Under the pieces are notes generated by a model. That model made no database searches. It saw nothing but the letters and a program-made list of their open reading frames with translations, and was not told the origin of the DNA. The position numbers and the translations under genes were made by a program. DNA of 32,000 nucleotides from the NCBI GenBank assembly GCA_963663995.1, contig OY760660.1, positions 90,001 through 122,000 on the forward strand. The letters run 5' to 3'. How positions within the stretch are numbered: position 1 is the first letter of the stretch; each line of letters starts with the position of its first letter. The stretch is from Erysipelotrichaceae bacterium. GTDB lineage: Bacteria > Bacillota_I > Bacilli_A > Erysipelotrichales > Erysipelotrichaceae. Below are positions 1 through 8,514 of this stretch, piece by piece.

Positions 1-895
1 GATCAGTGGTAATACTTTGAGTAATTACGTCAACATTAACTTCATTCTCAGCTAATAGTTTAAAAAGATGAGCACTGACTTGTCCTTTATTAACTTTTGC
101 TTCAACACTGACTAATACAACATCATCAATGGCAGTTACGCCAGTTACACTTTTTTGTTCCATATTGCTTTTCTCCTTAATCCAAGTACCTACTTCATCT
201 GAATGGGCACTGCCTACATAGATATTGACTCCATAACGTTGACCAATTTCAATGGATCGAGGCTCCATAATTTTGGCACCCAAGAAAGCCATTTCTTTCA
301 TTTCATCATAGGATATTTCGAGTATTTGTTTGGCTTGTGGAAAAATCCGTGGATCTATCCCATATATTCCACTAACATCAGTATAAATCTCAACATCACA
401 GCCAATCGCAGCCGCTAAGGCTACAGCACTGGTGTCAGATCCACCTCGACCTAAAGTTGTAATATCACCTAATTCATTGATGCCTTGAAAACCAGCCACC
501 ACAACGACCTTGTTTTGGTCAAGTTGTTCAACGATACGTTTAGGATCAATCGAATTAATTTTATTTTTAGTATGTAACCCATGGGTTAAGATACCAGCTT
601 GTGCACCGGTTAAACCAATCGCATCCACCCCTAATTCATCCAATGCCATGGTCATAAGTGAAACAGTGACTTGCTCACCGGTCGACAACAACATATCCAT
701 TTCACGCTTTTTAGGTGACGTCGAAATTTGATTAGCGAGATCGATTAAACCATTGGTTGATTTACCCATCGCTGAAACCACTATAACAAGTTTAAAACCT
801 TCAGCTTGACGCTTTTGAATGCGTAAAGCTAAAGCTTGAATTTTTTCAACAGTTGCGACGGATGATCCGCCAAATTTGAGAACACGAGTTTGCAT
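1..895 (-). CDS. lysC: Aspartate kinase (N-terminal ~298 codons; C-terminus runs off the left window edge)
   Basis: Absent from the ORF track because it is open to the window edge. Minus-strand translation from ATG 895..893 reads MQTRVLKFGGSSVATVEKIQALALRIQKRQAEGFKLVIVVSAMGKSTNGLIDL...TTLGRGGSDTSAVALAAAIGCDVEIYTDVSGIYGIDPR... KFGGSS, VVSAMG and GRGGSDT are amino-acid-kinase/aspartokinase signatures. An ACT-like segment follows and an L-box lies upstream. Confidence 0.9.
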   Translation of the reverse strand, partial: MQTRVLKFGGSSVATVEKIQALALRIQKRQAEGFKLVIVVSAMGKSTNGLIDLANQISTSPKKREMDMLLSTGEQVTVSLMTMALDELGVDAIGLTGAQAGILTHGLHTKNKINSIDPKRIVEQLDQNKVVVVAGFQGINELGDITTLGRGGSDTSAVALAAAIGCDVEIYTDVSGIYGIDPRIFPQAKQILEISYDEMKEMAFLGAKIMEPRSIEIGQRYGVNIYVGSAHSDEVGTWIKEKSNMEQKSVTGVTAIDDVVLVSVEAKVNKGQVSAHLFKLLAENEVNVDVITQSITTD

Positions 896-904
896 ATTTT
901 CTTC

Positions 905-1125
905 CTTAAAAAATAAAAACCACCTGACAAAAGGTCGAGTGGCTGCGTGTTTCCTTTTGCCCTTAACCAGTAGTTAGATATAAGCACACTTAGAAATATT
1001 GTAGGGCACAATAATTCTAAACAGTGATATGTTTATTCAACATACCCCCAGCATCGCACAAGACGCTTCGGCGATGACCCCTCATTCTGTTTAGAACTAA
1101 TGATCACTCGCAACCTCTTATATCT
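905..1125 (-). promoter_or_regulatory. Lysine riboswitch (L-box) leader with intrinsic terminator, upstream of lysC
   Basis: The minus strand reads AGAGGTTGCGAGTGATCATTAGTTCTAAACAGAATGAGGGGTCATCGCCGAAGCGTCTTGTGCGATGCTGGGGG...CACTGTTTAGAA... The blocks AGAGG-GCGA, GAGGGG..TCGCCGAAG, TGGGG and ACTGT match conserved L-box elements as I recall them from B. subtilis lysC. The leader ends in hairpin CCACTCGACC/GTCAGGTGG plus a T-run (plus coordinates ~908..943), immediately before the lysC start. Not checked with a covariance model. Confidence 0.7.
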
Positions 1126-1146
1126 GTGGTTGATTCAGTTTTTCCA

Positions 1147-1175
1147 AAAATACCATTTTTACCCACTAAAGTCAA
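1147..1175 (-). promoter_or_regulatory. Candidate sigma-A promoter for the L-box/lysC transcript
   Basis: Minus strand has TTGACT (1175..1170), a 17-nt spacer ending in TGg, and TATTTT (1152..1147), i.e. an extended -10. It sits ~25 nt upstream of the AGAGG start of the riboswitch. Confidence 0.4.
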
Positions 1176-1225
1176 TGAAAGAAAAGCTCTTTCCCTAATT
1201 TTCTTTCTCTATATATAATAAAGAT

Positions 1226-2215
1226 ATGAAGAAAGCGATTCCAAGCATTGATATAAGCCGATTTATCTTAGCTTTTTTTGTTTTAGTTATTCATTTTAGA
1301 CCGTTTATTGATGTAAGTGAAATGAGCGATTTAATCATCTCTCATGGACTATCGCGTTTAGCCGTACCTTTTTATTTAGTCTGTGCGGGATATTTTCTGC
1401 ATTTAGATAAAATTATTCCCACTATTAAACACTACATCAAACTTTATTTAAAGTGGTCTTTAGCTTATAGTCCTGTTGTTATCTTTATCTATGTTTTCAA
1501 TCAAAGATCTTTCTTAGAAGATTTATTAATTTTTATCAAAGAATTTTTCTTTCAAGGAACCGTTATTCATTTATGGTATTTACCACATTCTGCACTTGCT
1601 CTATTCCTTTTATATTTGTTAAAAAAGAAATTCAAAATCGAAACGATCTTAATCATTTCATTTGTTTTATTTACAATCGGTGTCTTTGCTGATGCTTATA
1701 GTGGTTGGATATCACCAAGTTCATTTTTCTATCCTATTCAACATGCTTACCTAAATCTATTCATCACATCACGTAATGGATTATTCTTTGCTTTATTTTT
1801 TATCAGTTTAGGTGTTTATCTTAAAGATACTAAAGTCTTAAGTTTAAAAATATCTTTGATTGGTTTTATCTTGAGTTTAATATTAATGATTTTTGAGTTA
1901 GTATTTGTGATTTATCCAAAAGACCCAATTGATTATAACTATTACTTTTCTTTAATTCCAACCATGTTTTTTATGTTTCATATGCTTTTAAAAATTGATT
2001 TAAAGGAACGAGCGATCTATAAACATCTTAGAATTATGGCTTCAAACATCTATTTCTCTCATATGTTGATCTTCTATTTGATCATGTTTGCCTTTTCTTC
2101 AGTCGCTTATTCAATGAATCATATTCAGCGTTTTATCATTACAGCTGTCACTTCTACCTTAATTTGTGGCATTATCGAAGCCATAAAAGGATATAAATCT
2201 TCACATAACGCTTAG
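1226..2215 (+). CDS. Acyltransferase family 3 (O-acyltransferase-like) polytopic membrane protein
   Basis: 329 aa and hydrophobic throughout (~10 predicted TM segments). The N-terminal pattern IDISRFILAFFVLVIHF...SRLAVPFYLVCAGYFL resembles the Acyltransferase_3 N-terminal R...H and VP.F motifs. No SD. TATAAT lies 6 nt before the ATG. Confidence 0.6.
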   Translation: MKKAIPSIDISRFILAFFVLVIHFRPFIDVSEMSDLIISHGLSRLAVPFYLVCAGYFLHLDKIIPTIKHYIKLYLKWSLAYSPVVIFIYVFNQRSFLEDLLIFIKEFFFQGTVIHLWYLPHSALALFLLYLLKKKFKIETILIISFVLFTIGVFADAYSGWISPSSFFYPIQHAYLNLFITSRNGLFFALFFISLGVYLKDTKVLSLKISLIGFILSLILMIFELVFVIYPKDPIDYNYYFSLIPTMFFMFHMLLKIDLKERAIYKHLRIMASNIYFSHMLIFYLIMFAFSSVAYSMNHIQRFIITAVTSTLICGIIEAIKGYKSSHNA

Positions 2216-2245
2216 TGCCATTTAATTTTTGGCACTATTTTTTAT
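2215..2245 (+). terminator. Intrinsic terminator after the acyltransferase gene
   Basis: GTGCCA (2215..2220), 9-nt loop, TGGCAC (2230..2235), followed by TATTTTTTA. Confidence 0.6.
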
Positions 2246-2297
2246 TGACAAGCTTATGTTGTGTTTCCTTGTAAGGCCTATCAAGGGATTCTATACT
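2229..2297 (+). promoter_or_regulatory. mtlA promoter region: TTGGCACTAT motif, -35 TTGTAA, -10 TATACT, cre-like palindrome
   Basis: TTGGCACTAT lies at 2229..2238 and recurs twice before mtlR. TTGTAA (2269..2274), an exact 17-nt spacer and TATACT (2292..2297) follow. TGTAAGGCCTATCA (2270..2283) resembles a CcpA cre box, but its central dinucleotide is GC rather than CG. Confidence 0.35.
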
Positions 2298-2350
2298 GTA
2301 GGTGTAGATGATACGTCATCTGTTCTCTATTAACCAAAAAGGAGGTTATT

Positions 2351-3403
2351 ATGAAAGAGAAAGTTCAAAGTTTTGGCCGTTTCTTATCTGGCATGGTCAT
2401 GCCAAACTTACCAGCTTTCGTCGCATGGGGTTTAATTACTGCATTTGTTATCCCTACAGGCTGGACACCAAACGAAACACTATCTGCTTTAGTCGGTCCT
2501 GGTATATTACAAGTATTACCATTCTTGATCGGTTACACTGGTGGTCGGATGGTTGGCGGACAACGTGGTGCTGTTGTTGGTATGTTCGCAACATTAGGTG
2601 TCGTTGTTGGTTCTGACATCCCTCAATTCATGGGTGCGATGGTTATGGGTCCTGCTGCTGGTTATGTTATGAAACTCGTTGATGATGCTTTAGAAGATAA
2701 AGCTCCTGCTGGTTTCGAAATGTTAATTGCTAACTTCACTGCTGGTGGTGTTGCCATCCTAATGTCATTCTTAGGTTTATGGATCATTGGTCCATTCGTA
2801 TCTACAGTTTCATCAATTTTCGGTAGTGGTGCTGATGCATTAGTTAGTGCTGGTTTATTACCACTTGTTTCAATCGTTGTTGAACCTGCTAAAATCTTAT
2901 TCTTAAATAACGCTATTAACCACGGTGTATTATCACCATTAGGTTTAGCTCAATCTGCTGAAATTGGAAAATCAATATTCTTCCTCATTGAAACTAACCC
3001 TGGTCCTGGATTAGGTGTATTATTAGCTGCTACATTATTTGCTAGAGGCGCAATGAAAGACAATGCTCCTTCAGCAATCATTATCCACTTCTTAGGTGGT
3101 ATTCATGAAATTTATTTCCCATATGTATTGGCACAACCATTATTACTTGGCGCAGTTATCGCTGGTGGTATGACAGGTGTATTCTCATTTGTATTACTAA
3201 ATGCTGGTCTAGTTGCTCCTCCATCACCTGGTTCAATCTTTGCTTTATCAGCAATGGCTTCTGGTGATATGATTAAAGTATGGATTGGTATCGCTACTTC
3301 TACTGCAGTTTCATTCTTCGTTGCTTCTGTAATCTACAAATTTGTAGGTGGTAGTGAAGATTTAGACGCTGCTAAAGCTGAAAGTAAAGCAAACAAAGGT
3401 TAA
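2351..3403 (+). CDS. mtlA: PTS mannitol-specific EIIC component (stand-alone C domain)
   Basis: The N-terminus KVQSFGRFLSGMVMPNLPAFVAWGLITAFVIPTGW is near-identical in pattern to the MtlA EIIC N-terminus. 350 aa and polytopic. Strong SD AAAGGAGG. The rest of the mtl genes follow. Confidence 0.9.
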   Translation: MKEKVQSFGRFLSGMVMPNLPAFVAWGLITAFVIPTGWTPNETLSALVGPGILQVLPFLIGYTGGRMVGGQRGAVVGMFATLGVVVGSDIPQFMGAMVMGPAAGYVMKLVDDALEDKAPAGFEMLIANFTAGGVAILMSFLGLWIIGPFVSTVSSIFGSGADALVSAGLLPLVSIVVEPAKILFLNNAINHGVLSPLGLAQSAEIGKSIFFLIETNPGPGLGVLLAATLFARGAMKDNAPSAIIIHFLGGIHEIYFPYVLAQPLLLGAVIAGGMTGVFSFVLLNAGLVAPPSPGSIFALSAMASGDMIKVWIGIATSTAVSFFVASVIYKFVGGSEDLDAAKAESKANKG

Positions 3404-3414
3404 GGAGAAAAATT

Positions 3415-3699
3415 ATGAGCGACATTAAGAAAATCTGTTTTGCGTGTGATGCAGGTATGGGATCTAGCGCTATGGGCGCAACCACGCTAAAGAAAAAAAT
3501 TCAAAAAGCTGGTTTAGACATCAAAGTTGTTCACAAAGCCATCGAGGATGTTCCTAGTGACGCTGATATGATTGTCACACATTCATCCCTTGCTGGTCGT
3601 GCTCGTAAAGAACACCCAAATACTCCAGTGGTTGAAATCACAAGTTTTGTAGGTGCTCCTGAATACGATCAAATCGTTGCAGATTTACTAAAAGATTAA
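3415..3699 (+). CDS. PTS mannitol-specific EIIB component (stand-alone, 94 aa)
   Basis: ICFACDAGMGSSAMGATTLKKKIQKAG contains the phospho-cysteine CDAGMGSS loop of EIIB(Mtl). SD AAGGAG. It starts 11 nt after EIIC. Confidence 0.85.
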   Translation: MSDIKKICFACDAGMGSSAMGATTLKKKIQKAGLDIKVVHKAIEDVPSDADMIVTHSSLAGRARKEHPNTPVVEITSFVGAPEYDQIVADLLKD

Positions 3700-3704
3700 T
3701 AATG

Positions 3705-3727
3705 AAAGAGGCTTTGGCCTCTTTTTA
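3705..3727 (+). terminator. Intrinsic terminator between EIIB and mtlR
   Basis: AAAGAGGC, loop TTTG, GCCTCTTT, then TT(A)CTTTT. Confidence 0.7.
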
Positions 3728-3730
3728 CTT

Positions 3731-3798
3731 TTGGCACTATCTTTCGCGTCACAATTAAATTTTGACACTATCAATAATGAATAGATAAGTTTTATAAT
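3731..3798 (+). promoter_or_regulatory. mtlR upstream region with two TTGRCACTAT motifs and a TATAAT box
   Basis: TTGGCACTAT lies at 3731..3740 and TTGACACTAT at 3762..3771. TATAAT at 3793..3798 is 9 nt before the mtlR ATG. There is no SD and no good -35, which would fit activator dependence. Confidence 0.35.
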
Positions 3799-3807
3799 GA
3801 ATTTAAG

Positions 3808-5937
3808 ATGAGAACACATTCTTTACAACTACTAAGCAGTCGCGTCATTCAAGCGTTAGGTATCTTGAGTGATCGGGATGACTTTATAACAGTTAATCAA
3901 TTGGCTGATCAACTAAAAATCAGTAAACGTACTTTATTTCGTGAACTGAAAGATATTGATACTTTCATTGAGCCTTATGGTGTTCAATTAATTTCAAAAA
4001 CAGGTTTAGGTATTAAATTAGAAGCAAATACTGAAAGTTTAAATGTTTTTAAAAGACAGCTTTTAGAGATTGGTTTATCGCAGTCTGATTTTTCTCGAGA
4101 AGATCGTCAAACGGTTTTATTGGCTGAGTTATTAAAGAATCAACAACTTGATAAGTTTATTGTTTATGCTAATCAATTTGCTGTTTCAGAGGCTACAATT
4201 AGTCATGATATTAATGCTTTAGAACCAATCCTACATAAATATAACTTAAGCTTAATGCGCAAACCTGGTCTTAATTTAAGTTTAGAAGGCGATGAAGAAT
4301 CAAAGCGAAAAGCGATTCGTGATTTTATTTATAATCACTCTGAAGAAAGCAAATTTTCAGCTTTACTGAATACACAATCTCCTTTTGATATCGAATCTTA
4401 TTTTGAGAACCAAGGTCCTGATTCTATTCTTCAAATTCTAAATAAAGATGTTTTATGGGAAGTTATTCATGTCTTAAAGGAAAATGATTTCTTCTGGGTC
4501 AATCGTTTAGCGCAAAACGCTTATGTCGGCTTAATTCTTCATTTAACCATTGCGATAGAAAGAATGTTTAATCATGATGGAATTCAAATGGATAGAGAAC
4601 TCTTGCTTAAACTTAAAAATGATCCAATGTTTGAAAGAGCGAAAGATTTAAGTGAATATTTTGAAGATGAATTTAATTTAGATTTCCCTGAAGAGGAAAT
4701 TGCTTATATATCGATGCATCTTAAAGGGGCACGTTTACTTCATGTAGAGAGTGAAATATCAGATGTTGAAGATCCTGAATTATCATTAGCTGTGCTTCAA
4801 CATTTAATCATGCGATTAATTTATGAATTTGAAAAAGTAACGAATCGAAAACTCAATGATGATGATTTATTAGTCAATGGTTTATTGACCCACTTAAGAC
4901 CAGCGTTAACACGTGTTAAATATAAGATGGAAATTAGAAATCCATTACTCATGCAAATCAAACAACAATATCCTGATGTCTTTAAATTCGCTAAAGAAAG
5001 TGTAAAGAACATCAAACATCCACAGTTTGATCAACTTAATGAAGATGAAATAGGTTTTATTGCTATGCACTTTGGGGCAGCTATAGAGCGTTTAAAACAG
5101 AATGAAAAACGAACGAGTTTAAAAGTTGCGGTCGTTTGTGCATCTGGAATTGGGATTTCATCCTTATTAGCTTCCCGTTTAAAAAGTCATTTTAAAGATT
5201 CAATTAAAGTGGAAGCACGCTCGCAATTAGACAAAAAAGCTTTAGAGAGTGATCAGTTCGATTTTATTGTTTCCACCATGGATAGTGTTCAAACAGATAT
5301 TCCACTCATCCATGTTAATCCACTACTATCAAATGAAGACATAGACAAGATTCAATCATTAATTAATCAAATATCGATTCATAAGATTATTGAAGAGGAA
5401 TCCAAGGAAGAAGTTTCCTGGCATACCAAATTATCTTTGATTGCAGAAATGACAGCGCAAATTGATGCCCTCATTAATCATATTGATATTTATCGAATAG
5501 ATCATGATTTATCAAAAAACGACTTGATTCAAACTATCAGTGAAAAAGTATCGAATCAAGAGGTTAAACAAAAATTGATTATTCACGATTTAAACAGACG
5601 CGAAGACATTGGCGATGTCATCTTAGATGAAGAGAAAATAGTTTTATTACATGCCCGTTCAGCAGCAGTTGATCAAGCAGTTATGTTAGTATTTCGATCA
5701 AAAGATGAAGCGTTCAAAGTTTATCCAAAGAAAGATATAAAAACAATTCTCTTATTACTTGTTCCTTCTACTGCGGTGATGGAATTAAATCGTTGGATTT
5801 CACAATTAAGTGCCGCCATGATTGAGGATGAGGATTATCTTATGGCCTTACAACAAAAGACAAAAGATGAAATTAAAACAGAGGTCGTTCGAATATTAGA
5901 GAATGTATATAAAGATTGGATGCGAAAACAGATATGA
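3808..5937 (+). CDS. mtlR: Mannitol operon transcriptional activator MtlR (HTH, 2x PRD, EIIB(Gat)-like, EIIA(Mtl)-like)
   Basis: 709 aa. N-terminal wHTH (ITVNQLADQLKISKRTLFRELKDI). Two PRD-like blocks with conserved His (AYISMHLKGA, GFIAMHFGAA). An EIIB-like block LKVAVVCASGIGISSLLASRLK and a C-terminal EIIA-like domain. It lies inside the mtl locus. Confidence 0.9.
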   Translation: MRTHSLQLLSSRVIQALGILSDRDDFITVNQLADQLKISKRTLFRELKDIDTFIEPYGVQLISKTGLGIKLEANTESLNVFKRQLLEIGLSQSDFSREDRQTVLLAELLKNQQLDKFIVYANQFAVSEATISHDINALEPILHKYNLSLMRKPGLNLSLEGDEESKRKAIRDFIYNHSEESKFSALLNTQSPFDIESYFENQGPDSILQILNKDVLWEVIHVLKENDFFWVNRLAQNAYVGLILHLTIAIERMFNHDGIQMDRELLLKLKNDPMFERAKDLSEYFEDEFNLDFPEEEIAYISMHLKGARLLHVESEISDVEDPELSLAVLQHLIMRLIYEFEKVTNRKLNDDDLLVNGLLTHLRPALTRVKYKMEIRNPLLMQIKQQYPDVFKFAKESVKNIKHPQFDQLNEDEIGFIAMHFGAAIERLKQNEKRTSLKVAVVCASGIGISSLLASRLKSHFKDSIKVEARSQLDKKALESDQFDFIVSTMDSVQTDIPLIHVNPLLSNEDIDKIQSLINQISIHKIIEEESKEEVSWHTKLSLIAEMTAQIDALINHIDIYRIDHDLSKNDLIQTISEKVSNQEVKQKLIIHDLNRREDIGDVILDEEKIVLLHARSAAVDQAVMLVFRSKDEAFKVYPKKDIKTILLLLVPSTAVMELNRWISQLSAAMIEDEDYLMALQQKTKDEIKTEVVRILENVYKDWMRKQI

Positions 5938-6656
5938 AAAAATTAAATGTTTACGTTGTGTGTGATGGTGGGATGGGCTCAAGTGCACTGGGTGCAAGTT
6001 ATCTCAAAAAATATCTTAAAAATAGTGTTATTGAAGCAGAAGTTGGAAATCGATCAACCAATGAAAAATTGGATGATGCAGATATCATAGTGACTCATCA
6101 TCACTTTGAAGAGATGATTAAACATAAATATCCCAATAAAACAATTTGGGCCATTAATGATTTTGTGAATCGAGAGGAATTCAGAAAGGTTGTAGAAAAA
6201 ATGGAAAACTTAAACCAAAGCAGCATTTTATTAAAATCAAATATCAAAGTTAATTGCGAAGCTTGTACGAGTGACGAAGCAATTGAAAAAGTAGGAAGAG
6301 ATCTTATTAACAGTGGCTATGTTGAAGAGAAATACCTTGAAGGTATGTACGAAAGAGATCATAGTCTATCCGTCTTTATGGGGAATAAAATTGCTTTACC
6401 ACATGGTGAATATGATTATAAGAAAAATATTCTTAAAAGTGGGATTGTTGTTCATATTTATCCGCAAGCGATTGATTGGCATGGAAATGAAGTCAACATC
6501 GTTATTGGTTTAGCTGGACTTGGTGAAGAACATGTTCAAATTTTAGCGAATGTGGCTGGTGTTTTTGGTGACATGGATGAAGTTGAAAAAGTAATCGCAG
6601 AACAAGATGTCGACTACATCTATGAAATTCTAACGGCTGAGGAGGATGAAGACTAA
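5934..6656 (+). CDS. mtlF: PTS mannitol-specific EIIB-EIIA fusion protein (MtlF with an extra N-terminal EIIB domain)
   Basis: The N-terminal ~95 aa (NVYVVCDGGMGSSALGASYLKKYLK...DADIIVTH) are paralogous to the stand-alone EIIB (CDAGMGSSAMGATTLKKKIQK...DADMIVTH). The C-terminal ~145 aa form an EIIA(Mtl/Fru) domain with the phospho-His motif IALPHG. I chose the ATG at 5934, which overlaps the mtlR stop as ATGA. The ORF track offers an in-frame ATG at 5916. Confidence 0.85.
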   Translation: MKKLNVYVVCDGGMGSSALGASYLKKYLKNSVIEAEVGNRSTNEKLDDADIIVTHHHFEEMIKHKYPNKTIWAINDFVNREEFRKVVEKMENLNQSSILLKSNIKVNCEACTSDEAIEKVGRDLINSGYVEEKYLEGMYERDHSLSVFMGNKIALPHGEYDYKKNILKSGIVVHIYPQAIDWHGNEVNIVIGLAGLGEEHVQILANVAGVFGDMDEVEKVIAEQDVDYIYEILTAEEDED

Positions 6657-7786
6657 TGAAAGCTGTACATTTTGGGGCGGGTAATATTGGCCGTGGCTTT
6701 ATTGGTTTACTCTTACGTCAATCTAACTTTGATTTATGCTTTGCTGATGTTTCTGATGTTTTAATTGATGAACTTAAACGTCGTAATTCTTATAGTGTTG
6801 AAGAAATGTCAGATATTTCAAATGTGATTGAAGTGAGTGGTGTTAGTGCACTTCATTCGCTGAAGGATTCACAAGAATTATTTCAAACCTTATCTGAAGC
6901 AAATCTTGTCACAACAGCAGTGGGACCTAATGTCTTACCTATTATTGCGAAAACATTAGTGCCTGTATTAAAGAAAAAAGTAGAGACAAACAACACGAAG
7001 TTTCTAAATATTGTGGCTTGCGAAAATACCATTGGTGGGTCTGATCAAATTAAGAATGCATTATGGGATCAATTAACTGAAGCTGAACAAAAATTTGTAT
7101 CAACTTATGTCGGATTTCCAAACTCAGCAGTTGATCGCATTGTTCCTAACCAAAAAAATGATGATGTTTTATGGGTTAAAGTTGAACCATTCTATGAATG
7201 GGTTATCGATCAAACACAAATCAAAGGGGATTTACCGATTAAGGGAGCTCACTTTGTTGAGAATTTGGAAGCCTATATTGAACGTAAACTCTTTACTGTA
7301 AATACTGGTCATGCATCATGTGCTTATGCCGCCTATGCAAAAGGATACACAACAATTCTAGAAGCAATTTCTGATAAAGATATTGAAGAACATGTTAAAG
7401 CAGTTTTATCTGAAACCGGTGCATTGATGGTTAAGAAACATGGATTTGATGCAAATGAACACGCTGCTTATATCGAAAAAACAATTAAACGTTTTAAAAA
7501 CCCAGCCATTATTGATGAAGTGGTTCGTGTTGGAAGATCACCAATGCGTAAACTCTCTCGACAAGATCGATTTATTCGACCTTTAGTCGAATGTATAGAA
7601 AATGATTTAAAGACCGATGCATTAGTTAATGCCATTCATTCAGTTCTCTCATTTGATTATGCAGAGGATGCTGAAGCGATGCAATTACAAGCTTTAAAAA
7701 AAGAACTCAATTGTTCTGAATTCTATGAAAAAGTTTCTGGTCTAGAGAGCACATCTAAAGCTAATCAATTATTATGTAAATCATAA
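6656..7786 (+). CDS. mtlD: Mannitol-1-phosphate 5-dehydrogenase
   Basis: MKAVHFGAGNIGRGFIG is the Rossmann N-terminus typical of MtlD. 376 aa. SD GAGGAGG. The start overlaps the mtlF stop (TAATG). Confidence 0.95.
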   Translation: MKAVHFGAGNIGRGFIGLLLRQSNFDLCFADVSDVLIDELKRRNSYSVEEMSDISNVIEVSGVSALHSLKDSQELFQTLSEANLVTTAVGPNVLPIIAKTLVPVLKKKVETNNTKFLNIVACENTIGGSDQIKNALWDQLTEAEQKFVSTYVGFPNSAVDRIVPNQKNDDVLWVKVEPFYEWVIDQTQIKGDLPIKGAHFVENLEAYIERKLFTVNTGHASCAYAAYAKGYTTILEAISDKDIEEHVKAVLSETGALMVKKHGFDANEHAAYIEKTIKRFKNPAIIDEVVRVGRSPMRKLSRQDRFIRPLVECIENDLKTDALVNAIHSVLSFDYAEDAEAMQLQALKKELNCSEFYEKVSGLESTSKANQLLCKS

Positions 7787-7810
7787 CTGTGATATTTATC
7801 ACAGTTTTTT
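7787..7810 (+). terminator. mtlD terminator hairpin that is also a perfect TGTGA-N6-TCACA palindrome
   Basis: CTGTGAT, loop ATTT, ATCACAG, followed by TTTTTTT. The core TGTGATATTTATCACA lies at 7788..7803 and overlaps the -35 position of the TATAAT at 7813..7818. Confidence 0.7.
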
Positions 7811-7824
7811 TGTATAATGGAAAC

Positions 7825-8514
7825 ATGTTAAATGAAAACCTAAACTGTCAGATGTGCAAAGCACCAATTTGTATATCACAAATACATTTATTTAGAAGAC
7901 TGACACATCAACAAAGTGAGTTAATCACATCACTCATTCAAAGATACTCTTTTAAGAGAGGTGATATCGTCATTAACCAAGGCGATGAGAGTGATAGCTT
8001 TTGTATCGCAACTAGTGGACGTTTTAAAGCTTATACGGTCAATGAAGAAGGTCGAGCTCATTTACTATATACTTTTAATACTGGCCAATTCTTTGGTCAA
8101 GAAGCGTTGTTTGAAAAACAAGAGATGAGTTATACAGTTGAAGCGATGGAAGATTCAACCTTATGTAAATTATCCTTAGAAACCCTTAAGAAACTTATTT
8201 ATGAATATCCGGATTTAGGTTTTAATCTATTAGCCGAGATGAATGATCGTATTCAAAGTTTAGAAAAAGAACTAACCAATCATAGTACTGAATTATTGAT
8301 TGATCGACTGCAACAATTTTTGTGGGAATTAGCCAAAGACTTTGGAAAAGATAATGGAACGACGGTATCTATGACACTCCCATATTCACAAGAAGATTTA
8401 GCAATGCGACTTGGAACGTCGCGGGAAAGTATTAATCGAACGCTTAAGAGTTTAGAAAAACAGAAAAAAATTAAACTTGAGAAAAGAAAACAAATATTAC
8501 TCTATAAAATGTGA
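7825..8514 (+). CDS. Crp/Fnr family transcriptional regulator with an N-terminal Cys cluster
   Basis: cNMP-binding-like beta-roll (GDIVINQGDESDSFCIATSGRFKAY) plus a C-terminal HTH (QEDLAMRLGTSRESINRTLKSLEKQKKI). From the ATG at 7825, Cys8-x2-Cys11-x4-Cys16. The ORF-track start at 7789 would lie inside the upstream terminator hairpin, so I moved the start. Confidence 0.85.
   Translation: MLNENLNCQMCKAPICISQIHLFRRLTHQQSELITSLIQRYSFKRGDIVINQGDESDSFCIATSGRFKAYTVNEEGRAHLLYTFNTGQFFGQEALFEKQEMSYTVEAMEDSTLCKLSLETLKKLIYEYPDLGFNLLAEMNDRIQSLEKELTNHSTELLIDRLQQFLWELAKDFGKDNGTTVSMTLPYSQEDLAMRLGTSRESINRTLKSLEKQKKIKLEKRKQILLYKM

Noticed and set aside
203-731. Two plus-strand ORFs (203..418 and 510..731) from the ORF track
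   Set aside because: They lie antisense inside the well-supported minus-strand aspartate kinase gene. They have no SD and low-complexity, implausible sequences.
829-1011. 60-aa minus-strand ORF
   Set aside because: It starts inside the L-box leader and terminator and runs out of frame into the start of lysC. The region is better explained as the riboswitch plus the lysC start at 895.
2270-2283. cre (CcpA) box call at the mtlA promoter
   Set aside because: TGTAAGGCCTATCA matches the outer cre positions, but the highly conserved central CG is GC. I mention it only as part of the promoter feature and do not call it a confident cre site.
2308-2616. 102-aa ORF overlapping the mtlA start in another frame
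   Set aside because: It is Cys/Trp/Arg-rich nonsense in an alternative frame of the clearly homologous EIIC gene, and the strong SD serves the ATG at 2351.
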